DNA of 63,959 nucleotides, counting the filler, from Octopus bimaculoides (taxonomy: Eukaryota), in the NCBI RefSeq assembly GCF_001194135.2. It is 4 parts of 3 records of this genome, joined end to end, with 100 filler letters (N's around TTAATTAATTAA, not from the genome) between each part and the next. Parts side by side here need not be neighbours in the genome. Positions count along the whole stretch, not along the records: positions 1 to 26,706 come from NC_068981.1; 3 more parts are not named here. One strand, written 5' to 3'. The notes beneath the pieces are model-generated. The model did no database searches and had not been told where the DNA came from. It saw nothing but the letters and a program-made list of their open reading frames with translations. This document shows, piece by piece, positions 1-11,640 of this stretch. A program made the translations under genes and the position numbers. Each line of letters opens with the position of its first letter. Within the stretch, counting starts at the first letter, position 1.

Positions 1-44
<44 letters not shown>

Positions 45-645
45 GCCATTATTGCTTACATATATGCGTAAACATATGTTAATACACAAGTGCGTGTACA
101 AGCATTTTTGTAGAGGAATTTATATTTAAACTACAAGTACATATGTAAGTAATGTGTGTGTGTGTGGTATGTGTGAAGACATATTACGTTGGACTCGTAT
201 AAACGCTAGATTATATCGCAAAGAAGATAGAATAATGAAACCACTCGTGAGATTTGAACCAATTACTCATCTGTATTCAGTGAGAGTGTTATCAGATTTG
301 GGACATAAATGTCTGATTACTTTTAACCGAACTTCTAATATTTAATAATGCTTTGCTATTGTGGTTTATGTTTCGTGTATTAGTATCTTGACAGCGAATC
401 TGATAAAAGGATCTTTGATGTTGTTGACTCCACCCTTCTTGTTATTGAATTAACCATAAAACAACAGGTGTCTGAATAACACTGCTTTGATAAACAGTTA
501 CATAATCTAAAGGATTCTGAGAACAAATGGTTCCCGACAATTTGTAAATGTCTAAAGAAGTATCGCAATGTATTTACTTTCCCAAACAATTCCAACTACG
601 CAGTGAGATATAAATTTAAGAAATGTCTTTTTGGACATTTTCCAG

Positions 646-734
646 AAACATAGCAATAGATGTTATCAAGTTACTCCGCCATTTCTTTTTTATCATTTAA
701 TCAACTCATTCATTTGGGTATATGTGAGACCCGG
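646..734 (+). CDS. Candidate orphan exon (KHSNRCYQVTPPFLFYHLINSFIWVYVRP-G), unknown product
   Basis: ttttccag acceptor, CGG|gtaagt donor and one open frame; no recognised homology. Confidence 0.2.
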
Positions 735-1117
735 GTAAGTATATTATCAATTTTCTTTTTTTCTACTTGCTCGTTCTAAATGTAATGGTAGTACCCATGG
801 CCTTCGCAGCCTCTCCGAAACCGGTGATTCTATTGCTATTTATGACCCTTTTGAAACCTTGTAAACCAACAGGTGTGTTTTATCTGTGACTATTTGGATA
901 TTCTATTAATAGACTGACATCTTTGGAAGAGTTTCAAATCAGTTTTACGATTGCTATTGTTCAGTGATTGTGATCTCGGGAAATCTCACACAAACCCACA
1001 TCCATCCACACTGGCACTCCGTCGATTACAAAGATGAGAGTTCCAGCCTGCTTATAAACTTAACATGCAAGTGCCTGAGCATTCCACAGACACGAGTATC
1101 CTTAACTTACTTATGAG

Positions 1118-1172
1118 TCACGTGGCTTAGTGGTTAGGGCATTCAGTTCACAATCGTAAGGTTGTGACCTCC
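1118..1172 (+). mobile_element. tRNA-derived SINE head fragment (family D, CORE-SINE-like)
   Basis: cgtggcttagtggttagggcattcagttcacaatcgtaaggttgtga has an A-box-like motif and matches the heads at 51919 and 62805. Confidence 0.6.
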
Positions 1173-1819
1173 CATTTTGTGTCCATCCAGACCCATATCT
1201 ATTGGCTATCCTCAGGCTATATGCAAAGAGATACGTAGATGTAGCATTATATCAAATATATACAGATATATGTAAAAAATTTAGATTCAAGGTGAATATG
1301 GTACTTAAGCTTAGGCACCAGAATTAAGTATGGTATTATCCATACAATTTCAAAATAAGGTGATTAAAATCAGCAACAAAGATATCCAAAGTTAATGCAG
1401 TACATATATATATATATATATATATANNNNNNNNNNNNNNNNNNNNNNNNNNNNNNNNNNNNNNNNNNNNNNNNNNNNNNNNNNNNNNNNNNNNNNNNNN
1501 NNNNNNNNNNNNNNNNNNNNNNNNNNNNNNNNNNNNNNNNNNNNNNNNNNNNNNNNNNNNNNNNNNNNNNNNNNNNNNNNNNNNNNNNNNNNNNNNNNNN
1601 NNNNNNNNNNNNNNNNNNNNNNNNNNNNNNNNNNNNNNNNNNNNNNNNNNNNNNNNNNNNNNNNNNNNNNNNNNNNNNNNNNNNNNNNNNNNNNNNNNNN
1701 NNNNNNNNNNNNNNNNNNNNNTAGTCAATCCAATCATGAACAAGCAAGAAAAAACAACAACGCGAGGGCGTAGAATAAGTACAGTGTTATTGGACGCTCA
1801 GGAAAGGAAAGAAAAGAGG

Positions 1820-1854
1820 ATTTCACGTTTCAAGCGGAGCTCTTCATCAGAAAT
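1820..1854 (-). ncRNA. Degenerate minimal type-I hammerhead ribozyme motif
   Basis: Minus strand: ATTT-CTGATGA-A-GAGC-TCC-GCTT-GAAAC-GTG-AAAT. Stems I and II pair, but the triplet is GUG (not NUH). Confidence 0.55.
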
Positions 1855-3943
1855 ATAGAAAAAGTTCAAAGAAGGGAAGACAGAGAAAGAAAATTGCCAA
1901 CGATACACACCACACACACACACACGCCCACACACATAGTACATATATACATCACTGGAACTCTAAACTTTCCAGAACTTTATCATTTAAATGTATATGA
2001 GTATGTCTAGATATGCAACTGTATGCATGAGAATACATACATAAAACATACAAATCTGCACTTACATACATGCATACATGCGTACATACATACATACAAA
2101 CAAACAAAAATACCCCATTGTTGAAGTTGAAATTCCAATAAAGGAGTCTTAGATCTAGGTTAAAAACCGGTTCTTTCTCTGTTTGCAAGACACCTTGAAA
2201 TAAATTGAATAATGACATACATATTTACAAATATTTTAAGAGAAATATTTCTTGAACTACCATCGGCGTTCTTGTATTTAAAAAAACAAACCATTCTTTG
2301 CAGAGAACAGTTATCGTTTAGAGAAACTGAAGAGATGTCTAGTTCACGCTAGATATGAAACCAATATTTTTTTTCTAAACTGTTACGTTACACATACAAA
2401 AATAAACAACTGCTCTAGATTTTATAGGGTATGCTCTTCTCCTGATTTATGATCACACAATGAATATATATATATATATATACATTCCTAGTGAATAAAT
2501 GCATCAATATGATATATTCAGAAATTCGGAAATGTTTAATTTCTCAATGAAAATGCCAATAGCATTTTAAAAATAGGAAAGTTCAAGCTTCCTGTCGAAA
2601 CAGCATTGGTTTGCAGTTATTTGAAGATTTCTATTCTGGTATCTTTCCTACACACTAGAGATATGTTTACCACCTCCGTAAGACAGGACATTTTCAGTCG
2701 CAAATGCCTGCTTTCACTTCGGTCCTCTCCCACGCTCTATGTATTTTTATAGCCGTTTCCTTGTGGAGGACTTGTATTTATAGTGAGGCTTCAGGAGAAT
2801 TTGTCCTTGTGAACAGTGTCTAAAAAGGAGCATAATCGGTAATACTTATGGGATATACTATATTTGAAACTTATTCATTCCATGCTTTTGGGTTTGTTTG
2901 TTTTGCTTTGTTTTTTTTTTTTTTTACATAGAAACAGGTTATAGCCTCAGCTAATTTCTAACTGGTTGTCGAGCACTACCAGCCAATAAAATGTTTCGAT
3001 TAGACAAAATGAAACGTGCCTTGTGAATCTTATATGTATCTATTAACTATATATATATATATATATATATNNNNNNNNNNNNNNNNNNNNNNNNNNNNNN
3101 NNNNNNNNNNNNNNNNNNNNNNNNNNNNNNNNNNNNNNNNNNNNNNNNNNNNNNNNNNNNNNNNNNNNNNNNNNNNNNNNNNNNNNNNNNNNNNNNNNNN
3201 NNNNNNNNNNNNNNNNNNNNNNNNNNNNNNNNNNNNNNNNNNNNNNNNNNNNNNNNNNNNNNNNNNNNNNNNNNNNNNNNNNNNNNNNNNNNNNNNNNNN
3301 NNNNNNNNNNNNNNNNNNNNNNNNNNNNNNNNNNNNNNNNNNNNNNNNNNNNNNNNNNNNNNNNNNNNNNNNNNNNNNNNNNNNNNNNNNNNNNNNNNNN
3401 NNNNNNNNNNNNNNNNNNNNNNNNNNNNNNNNNNNNNNNNNNNNNNNNNNNNNNNNNNNNNNNNNNNNNNNNNNNNNNNNNNNNNNNNNNNNNNNNNNNN
3501 NNNNNNNNNNNNNNNNNNNNNNNNNNNNNNNNNNNNNNNNNNNNNNNNNNNNNNNNNNNNNNNNNNNNNNNNNNNNNNNNNNNNNNNNNNNNNNNNNNNN
3601 NNNNNNNNNNNNNNNNNNNNNNNNNNNNNNNNNNNNNNNNNNNNNNNNNNNNNNNNNNNNNNNNNNNNNNNNNNNNNNNNNNNNNNNNNNNNNNNNNNNN
3701 NNNNNNNNNNNNNNNNNNNNNNNNNNNNNNNNNNNNNNNNNNNNNNNNNNNNNNNNNNNNNNNNNNNNNNNNNNNNNNNNNNNNNNNNNNNNNNNNNNNN
3801 NNNNNNNNNNNNNNNNNNNNNNNNNNNNNNNNNNNNNNNNNNNNNNNNNNNNNNNNNNNNNNNNNNNNNNNNNNNNNNNNNNNNNNNNNNNNNNNNNNNN
3901 NNNNNNNNNNNNNNNNNNNNNNNNNNNNNNNNNNNNNNNNNNN

Positions 3944-4016
<73 letters not shown>

Positions 4017-5923
4017 GTTCGAATCTCGCAGCTTTGCATTTCAGCACCTCGATTTTATGTGCTAAAAAGCTAAGAAAACGGAAGTTTGTTCTTTCCTATT
4101 TTTAAAATTCTGTTTGCTTTTTCATTGAGAAATTAAACATTTAACGGAAATACTATTTTTCTTTATATTTATATATCCTTATATTTATATATCCTTCTTG
4201 ATCAGTCTTATTACTTATCTATCAATTCTATAAATTCGCTGGAGTGTAGTTTTATGGTTGCTGATCAGCCTTCAGAGCAGACATATCCTAAAAGGCTTCT
4301 AACGGCAAATAATTTTCCGGAAATAGTTTATTTGGAATCTCATTATCCAATATGTGTTTCTGTTGGTCAGGTATGATCTGTTAGAGAAATGATTGCGATT
4401 TCTTACAGGTTCACCAATTGCTTGCAAACTCCTTCGCTGGTGCGTTTTCCATAAAGTAAACTAGTGTGGAGAAACTAAGCATTCAAATCTCTCAGTAGAA
4501 ATATGTGGCTGTGTGATAAGAAGTTTGCTTTGTAACCCCATGGTACCAAATTCAGTCCCACTGCGAAGCACTTTAGGCAAGTGTCTGCTATTATAGCCTC
4601 GGGCTAGTTGTTAGTTGTTCAGGTACAAAAATGGCAAAGTATAGATGTAAAATGGATTTAGAAACACAGATTAAATACGGAATACGTATCTGTTATAGCA
4701 AAGTTAAGATATAAAATTTGGGGCTGTATGTCTGGTCATCATTATAAATTGAGTATGTGTATGAGCTAAACGTTAGGTTTCCCGAATACTCCTATATTTG
4801 ACCCGCTTAGTTCGTCATTTGAAAAACTTATTTATCTCTACATTAGAAGTTATATATAATCTCCCAAAGATATTACGTTTATCAATTTGATACATATACC
4901 ACTCCAAACAACAGTAATAAATTCTATAACATTCTTTGGGGATTACCAGGTAATCATTTTTAGAGCTAAGAGAACTAAAAGTTTCAGCTTGTCACCGGTA
5001 GCTGCAATTAACTACTAAACATCTGAAATATTTTATTCCATGATATAAAACAATAATATTACTCATTAAAATCTAAACAGCTCTCAGCTATGAAAAACTC
5101 TTCTTCATAAAATTCTGTTTACTGCGTATGCGAGAGAGAGGTCATAAACACGGCTGAAATAAAAGTAAAACATCTATCATGTTCGTATTTCCTATTTTAC
5201 AGAAAGATTTCAGACATTTATTTTTATTCGTTGAAATAAAAATGTTAAGCCACAATTTAATAATATTTTTATTCGAATTTTACATGTAATATCTCTATTT
5301 GCCTGTTAATGATAAAATCATGAGTGGAAAAAAGCTCCCAAAATTTCTTATTTACATTTCTCATAATAGACATAAATGGGAGCATTTATATGCGGCATAA
5401 TAATTTATGCGTAGGATTATGTGAAATAAAGAGAAACAATTAAGGAGGAATGCTTTTCGATTCAAACTAACATCTTTAAAAGAGTTTTAAGGTATATATC
5501 GAAGTGAATGCATAAACAATGACCGAAAGCAATAGATTTATTTCCCATATATCGATAATGCAATGAGTGAAACTAAAGTATATTTTTCTTCAAGTGCTTT
5601 AGATGTAAATAATCTATATTAATGATTATATATAATACTGTTACAAAATACATCTTATAATTCTAAATAATTTTCAATAGAACACCTCACGTTTTCAAAA
5701 CAAACAGTCAATTAATCAAAATATCTGAACTGAGAAAAATGTTTACGTATTTATTTTTTCATTCAATCAGAGATTATGTTAATGCGAAATAATAACTCAA
5801 CCTGATAAAGATTAAACGTAGAAGAAACAAAAATGATTGCAGAGTAAACATACGATATCTATTGGATATCAAGAGTATTGAACCAAATTCTCGTCTATCC
5901 ACATGCATACGTACATACATACA

Positions 5924-5983
<60 letters not shown>

Positions 5984-6351
5984 TGCAAACTTGAGTCAAT
6001 CTAATTTCACTCTAAAATATTTTATAGTTTTTTTTCGGATCATTTTCCATACTTGTAACTTCATATGGTAGCATGAGAAGATGAATTGATTATCGTTATG
6101 AAAAACGAAAACACCTTAAACATATTGGCTTCTACAGCTACTGTATTGTTGTTTTGCAAATATTGAATCGACATATATTTTAAGTTTTTCAATATTGCAT
6201 AGCTAATATACCTTATTTATCGTGTCTGTACATAGCTTTTATAGTTTAAAAAATTATTTCTGAGATAATCAAAATGTGTTCAACAATACGTAATTTCCTA
6301 AAAGTCAAATATGCTACCGCTTTTATAGTAAATACACATTCTTATATCCAT

Positions 6352-6505
6352 GCTGTTAAGCATTTTGCCGTCTTTAACTTCTGAGCTCAAATGCTGCTGA
6401 GGTCGACTATTTTTCAACCTTTCGGGGCCGACAGAAAAAGTTGCATCCATAAAATCGACTAGCCCCCTTCTCCGATGTCAGGCCTCGTGCTTGTAAAAAA
6501 GATAT
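6352..6505 (+). mobile_element. Family A SINE, truncated
   Basis: Degenerate match to gaggtcgactttgcctttcatcctttcggggtcga. Confidence 0.65.
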
Positions 6506-6734
6506 ATTATATAAGATAATGCTTACACTTTTGAATAAATGCTTCATTGATTGATCAATGAACATTAAATTAATTACTTGAAAACTTATAGCAAAAGTAT
6601 AAATATTGCACTATTATTATATAATCAAAGTGTTTGAATGTATTTGAACGTTGTATTTTGAACATCAATGTCTCCAACCTAAGACCATTTTCAACAATAA
6701 CATAATAAGTACTTTTTCTGCCTATCTGGTTAAG

Positions 6735-6870
6735 AAGCTGTCTTTACAACAACGTGGTTCCGTTTTCGGATCCACTGCACATCACCTTTGGCAAGCGTCT
6801 TCTATATACCCGTTGTGACCAATGTTTTGAGAGAATTTGGTAGACGGAAACTATGTGGAAGTTCGTCTAT
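6735..6870 (+). mobile_element. Family B SINE head running into a TA-derived minisatellite (to ~7125)
   Basis: ttggcaagcgtcttc...atttggtagacggaaact matches the family B copies. Confidence 0.65.
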
Positions 6871-7068
6871 ACATGCATATATATATATATATACAATTAT
6901 GTATATATATGCATTTATACACATGTATATATATGCATTTATATACATATATATATATATGCATTTATACACATGCATATATATGCATTTATATACATAT
7001 ATATATATATGCATTTATATACACGTATATATATATGCATTTATATACATGTGTATATATATATATAC

Positions 7069-7123
<55 letters not shown>

Positions 7124-8595
7124 CATACTCACCATAACGTTTTTGCTTTTCTAAATCAATAATCAACAAATGTTACCAATCATAAATAAATAAATAAAGA
7201 TAGAAAAATGTATACTTTAACAGTTGAAAGCAGAGGCTGAATATAATGCAAGTATTTAATTTCAGTACCGAAGTGACATCTTCTTTCTTTCTCCTGGTAA
7301 GTCATGTTCAAAGAATTGGAAGTTAATGTAATATATCACTCAGATTTCTGCAGTACCACCGCAGCAGATATCACCGATCTTTATCTTTTCAGGGTTCTTA
7401 TGCAAATTTAGAATGCTAACAGTCGTAATTCAATGTTTAGACTATAGTCTAAGCGCAGCATGAGATGGGTTCCTGGTTCCGGTACACTATCACTAACTAC
7501 AGAGCTATGTTCGAAATATTCGTTATACAGTCGTTTGGTGATAGCCCAAGCAGTGTAAGCATGCACGAGGTGCCTTAATTTATTAGTAATTCATTATCGT
7601 TAGTAATAATTTCGTTTTCAAGTTGTTTTTAATAAAATCCAAACTGTAATCAGCTCAACTCCTCCACTGAAGCACCTCTCTTAGAAAATCTACGAAAGAA
7701 ACACAGCAACTGCAGTGTATTTATTTGGAAAGAAATGGAAGGGGAAAAAATTTCATAAATAGTTTGATCGATATTTTTTCAATATTTGCTGAATGAAATA
7801 AATTTTGTCAATATTCTTTACTTTTCTTTCAATAAAATTATTCGATATATTTACATTTTGGGACGTTTTTTTTTTACTCTCTGTTAAAACCAACATTATT
7901 AGATTAAACGTTGAGTGCATTCCCATTACGATTAATTACGATTCATCTTATTCTCACTTTTGTTTATTATCTTTTCTATATTGGAATTATATATGAGCAA
8001 CCATTGTCAAAATCTGTTCAATATTCATTAGATTTTACTAAAGTTTTGTTATGAAATGATTAGTTCAATAAATAATGGACTGCGAAGTCATGATTAAAAA
8101 GAGTTTTACTTTATAGGAAATAAACTAGGAGTTTAAGATAATGAAATACAATAAGACATTAAAAGCTTTCCTTTAAATAAACGTACTAGGATCGATTAAA
8201 GCCTGTCGAAGGCAAATCATTATGATTTCGTTACAAGGGAAGACATATTCTGAGTCGATTTGCTCAGAATAAATCCCTTAAAATTACTATTCACGTTGCC
8301 TTTAAAATAACTTAAGATTGAATAATAAAAATTTAAAATTCTATGAATGAGTGAATATTCTGGTTTCAGAGTAAATAGGTTTTTTAAAAATTCATTTTAA
8401 AGCATCAGACAAATAGAGAATAAACCTACATAAAAACGAGTAAAGAATGTGTATTGAAAAATATGTATAGACAAAAATGTAGATTTTTTCATTTCGTTTT
8501 ATTCTATATTTATTACAGAGTAAGATTCTACAATGTTCATGAAATGAATTTGTGTATGTTAACGGCATAAACGTTCTAATAGCAATAGCAATATC

Positions 8596-8662
<67 letters not shown>

Positions 8663-9274
8663 TAAATTTTACTTAATCTAGCGAATCAGGAAATTTCAAC
8701 CAATTAAAATTACACCTGCGGAGAGTAGAAACTATATCATTGTAATTATCATTGTTTTACACACACACACATATATGCATGTGTATGTAATTCTATATAT
8801 ATGCATGCATATATCTATATATATATATATATATGTATGTGTATATATATGTATTTATATGTATATATATTTGTATATATGTGTATATGTATATATAAAT
8901 GCATATATATTTATCTATCTATATGTGCATGTGTATGTATGTATATGTGTGTATAAGCGTATGCATAAGTATATGTATGTACGTATGTATGTATGTATAC
9001 ATGCATATTTATACACTCATACATACATTCACATTTGTATGATATCTTGCAGATGGAACACCTGCGCAGAAACCTACTCTCGTTAGCTTGAAGTAAATCG
9101 TTTGGTATTTTAACAGTTATATTCAGATTTTAAAATCAGTATTGGAAGGCTTTTCTCTCTATATTATGCAGTTAGTTGTATATCAGTAACTATATTGTTC
9201 AATATAGGCTACTCAATATGACACCCCTATACATCCTCCAATACACACTCTAACTTGACTAACAAAATTGTACC

Positions 9275-9640
9275 AACTGCAAACTGGAAGGATCTTGTTT
9301 CTCAATGGCTATGGTCTATAGAGTCACCCTCACACCATCCGATGGAATTACAATACAATGTACAAGCATGACAGCCAATCATTTCAAGAGAAGATCTACA
9401 CAGCATATGCACTCTTTCAGGTGCAAGAATAGGGAAATCTCCTCAACCTTGCCCCGTTTTCTCTGGAGACTCCGTAATCACTGGAAAGACTTCCCGAACA
9501 TTTGGCGGGGGTATTATTAACAGGTCTCCTCCCTATTTACCAGGTACTCTCAGTAGCCAGCCTTACTTCCACGAGAGATTACACATACTCCATCAACCTG
9601 CAGTATCATATACATCAGCACAATAAACTATTGTATTGTT
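9275..9640 (+). mobile_element. Penelope-like element GIY-YIG endonuclease relic
   Basis: GSCFSMAMVYRVTL..CTSMTANHFKRRSTQHMHSFR..STLPRFLWRLR..W, then frameshifted IINRSPPYLPG..HERLHIL. This resembles the PLE pattern CL..IVY..YIGMT..FK.R..H..SF..T.LS..IW.L..W.IL..PY..EK..I. Confidence 0.7.
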
Positions 9641-10110
9641 GCCACCAGAGGGCTGCTCTGTTCATGAACGCCAAACTACTGGCACACGAAAATCCAGATG
9701 TCCAGCCTTCCGTTTGACAGCTCCATACTCAAGAACACGCCATTAACCACTGCCACCCGTACAGGCTACATCCTTATCCATACTAACAATCCAGCCTAGC
9801 AACACCAAATTTTAATCCACCATCACCAAATCTGGTTACTCCCATAGAAGGTTTGTTCTCGCTAAGTGTTATACCTTCACTGACCCGCGATCCTTGCTTT
9901 GCAATGTGTGTGTGAGTGTATGTGTGTATACTTGTTTTGATGTATAATTATATATAAAAATTAGCTGAATGGTCAGCCAACGTATTTAAGTAGAGTATCA
10001 TATTTATTTCATTGTTACCAGTAAAACGTTGACAGTAACTTTTAATGAAGAACATGGGACAGAAAGTTCGACACTTTCAACCTGTTTTTCTGAATATACT
10101 ACACATATTC

Positions 10111-10182
<72 letters not shown>

Positions 10183-10271
10183 GTATATGTCTGTATATAT
10201 CAGTATATATATATTTGTGTGAACATATACATATATGTATGTGTGTGTCTCTGTGTATATGTATCTAAGTA

Positions 10272-10323
<52 letters not shown>

Positions 10324-10532
10324 GCGTATAAGAGGGATTGGTGTCAAAAAGACCCAAATAAGTCAGGTAATGCTGAGTAAGTGCTTTGGGCAGACTATAG
10401 TTAAGCTCCAGATTCGATGATTATACAGATAAGGATTCCAACGTAGATCGTATATTAGCAAGCACATAAAACCCGTACACACAATCATTGACTACAATAT
10501 AACTCATGTTCATCAATGTTTGGTAAATATAC

Positions 10533-10687
10533 CACGATTTTCACTAGGGTGTTAGGATTAGGGTTTTAGGGTTTAAGGTTAGGATTAGGGTTAGTGTTAC
10601 GGTTTTAGGATTAGGGTTAGGGTTTTAAGGTTACGGTTAGGGTTAGTGTTAGGTTTAGGACTTTAGGGTTAGGGTTGGGTAATCGTG
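10533..10687. repeat. Degenerate (TTAGGG)n-like tract bounded by a CACGATT/AATCGTG inverted repeat
   Basis: About 135 bp of ttaggg/ttagga/ttaagg/ttacgg variants. Confidence 0.85.
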
Positions 10688-10889
10688 CGGGTGTTAATCT
10701 GAAAAATTACAGAAATGTGAAAATTACCGACCCTGCCATCTATTATAACTTTTGTTGTTCTGTTTAATACATACATAGATTATGCCTCCAAACAAGAGAG
10801 TTTGCTGGGGAAAGAAAGCAACCAGTTTAAAATGACAGCAACAGACTGCAGCAATTCACCACATTCCAGAAACTACTTTGAACATAATG

Positions 10890-11095
10890 CAAAGTGGTGC
10901 ATCAACATATTCTACCTAATCGGATAGAATTCTGGCAAAACTGTGTAGCAACAGATCGCCAGCAATTGCTTCATCAGAAATTGCCATCCTACCTCCTGCT
11001 AAAAGAGATTACCCTGCTATATATAATCAGGGCAGCGCAAAAGGTTTGTTTTGCACAAGCATTTCTACAGCCAATTAGACGGATGAAATTTACGT
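10890..11095 (+). mobile_element. Helitron PIF1-type helicase relic (motif I/Ia region)
   Basis: ILAKLCSNRSPAIASSEIAI resembles Helitron ILAKVRSN..ALAVASSGIAA, followed by QGSAKG; contains stops. Confidence 0.5.
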
Positions 11096-11484
11096 ACGCT
11101 TAATAATGTTACGCAAAACAGCCTTCAGATTTTCCCTATTAATTTTATCGTCTTTTGAATTATGAACATATTTACATCATAAGGGTTTTTTTCTTTTTAG
11201 TTGATTTGATTTTCACCTAGCAAGACTTATAGTAGATGGCGTAATAAGTCACACCCGGACAAGGTCGGGTTATACTGCTAGTATATCTATATATATACGA
11301 CGGGCTTCATTCAGTTTCCGTCTACCAAATCCACTCACAAATATATATNNNNNNNNNNNNNNNNNNNNNNNNNNNNNNNNNNNNNNNNNNNNNNNNNNNN
11401 NNNNNNNNNNNNNNNNNNNNNNNNNNNNNNNNNNNNNNNNNNNNNNNNNNNNNNNNNNNNNNNNNNNNNNNNNNATATGGGAGA

Positions 11485-11640
11485 ATATACGAAAAAACAA
11501 CAACAGACGAGGACAGGTGGTGTAAATAACAAAAGGATGTATTAGTATGACGCTCGGGAATACGGAAAGTCTTTGACGTTTCGAGCTACGCTCTTCAACA
11601 GAAAGAATACGGAGACAAGGAGAAAATCACGGAGAAAAAA
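11485..11640 (-). mobile_element. Interspersed repeat carrying a hammerhead motif (PLE terminal-repeat-like)
   Basis: Homologous to 24092-24200 (gtgtaaa(c/t)aacaaa..gatgtattag..acgctcg..aaagtcttt.acgtttcgagc..tcttcaacagaaag). Confidence 0.7.
11571..11605 (-). ncRNA. Minimal type-I hammerhead-like motif with CUGUUGA core variant
   Basis: CTTT-CTGTTGA-A-GAGC-GTA-GCTC-GAAAC-GTC-AAAG: 4-bp stem I, 4-bp stem II, palindromic ACGT stem III, GUC triplet. Confidence 0.65.

Noticed and set aside
4290-4460. Short frames LLYGKRTSEGVCKQLVN and IIPDQQKHILDNEIPNKLFPENYLPLEAF* (minus) resembling a neuropeptide precursor
   Set aside because: Would need a 29-nt intron, the phases are incompatible, and equally good splice sites exist on the plus strand
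7437-7452. Perfect 16-bp palindrome TTAGACTATAGTCTAA
   Set aside because: Isolated, with no supporting context; plausible by chance in AT-rich DNA
10955-10982. Minus-strand CTGATGA followed by AGC-AATT-GCT hairpin
   Set aside because: No GAAA after stem II; lies inside the Helitron coding relic
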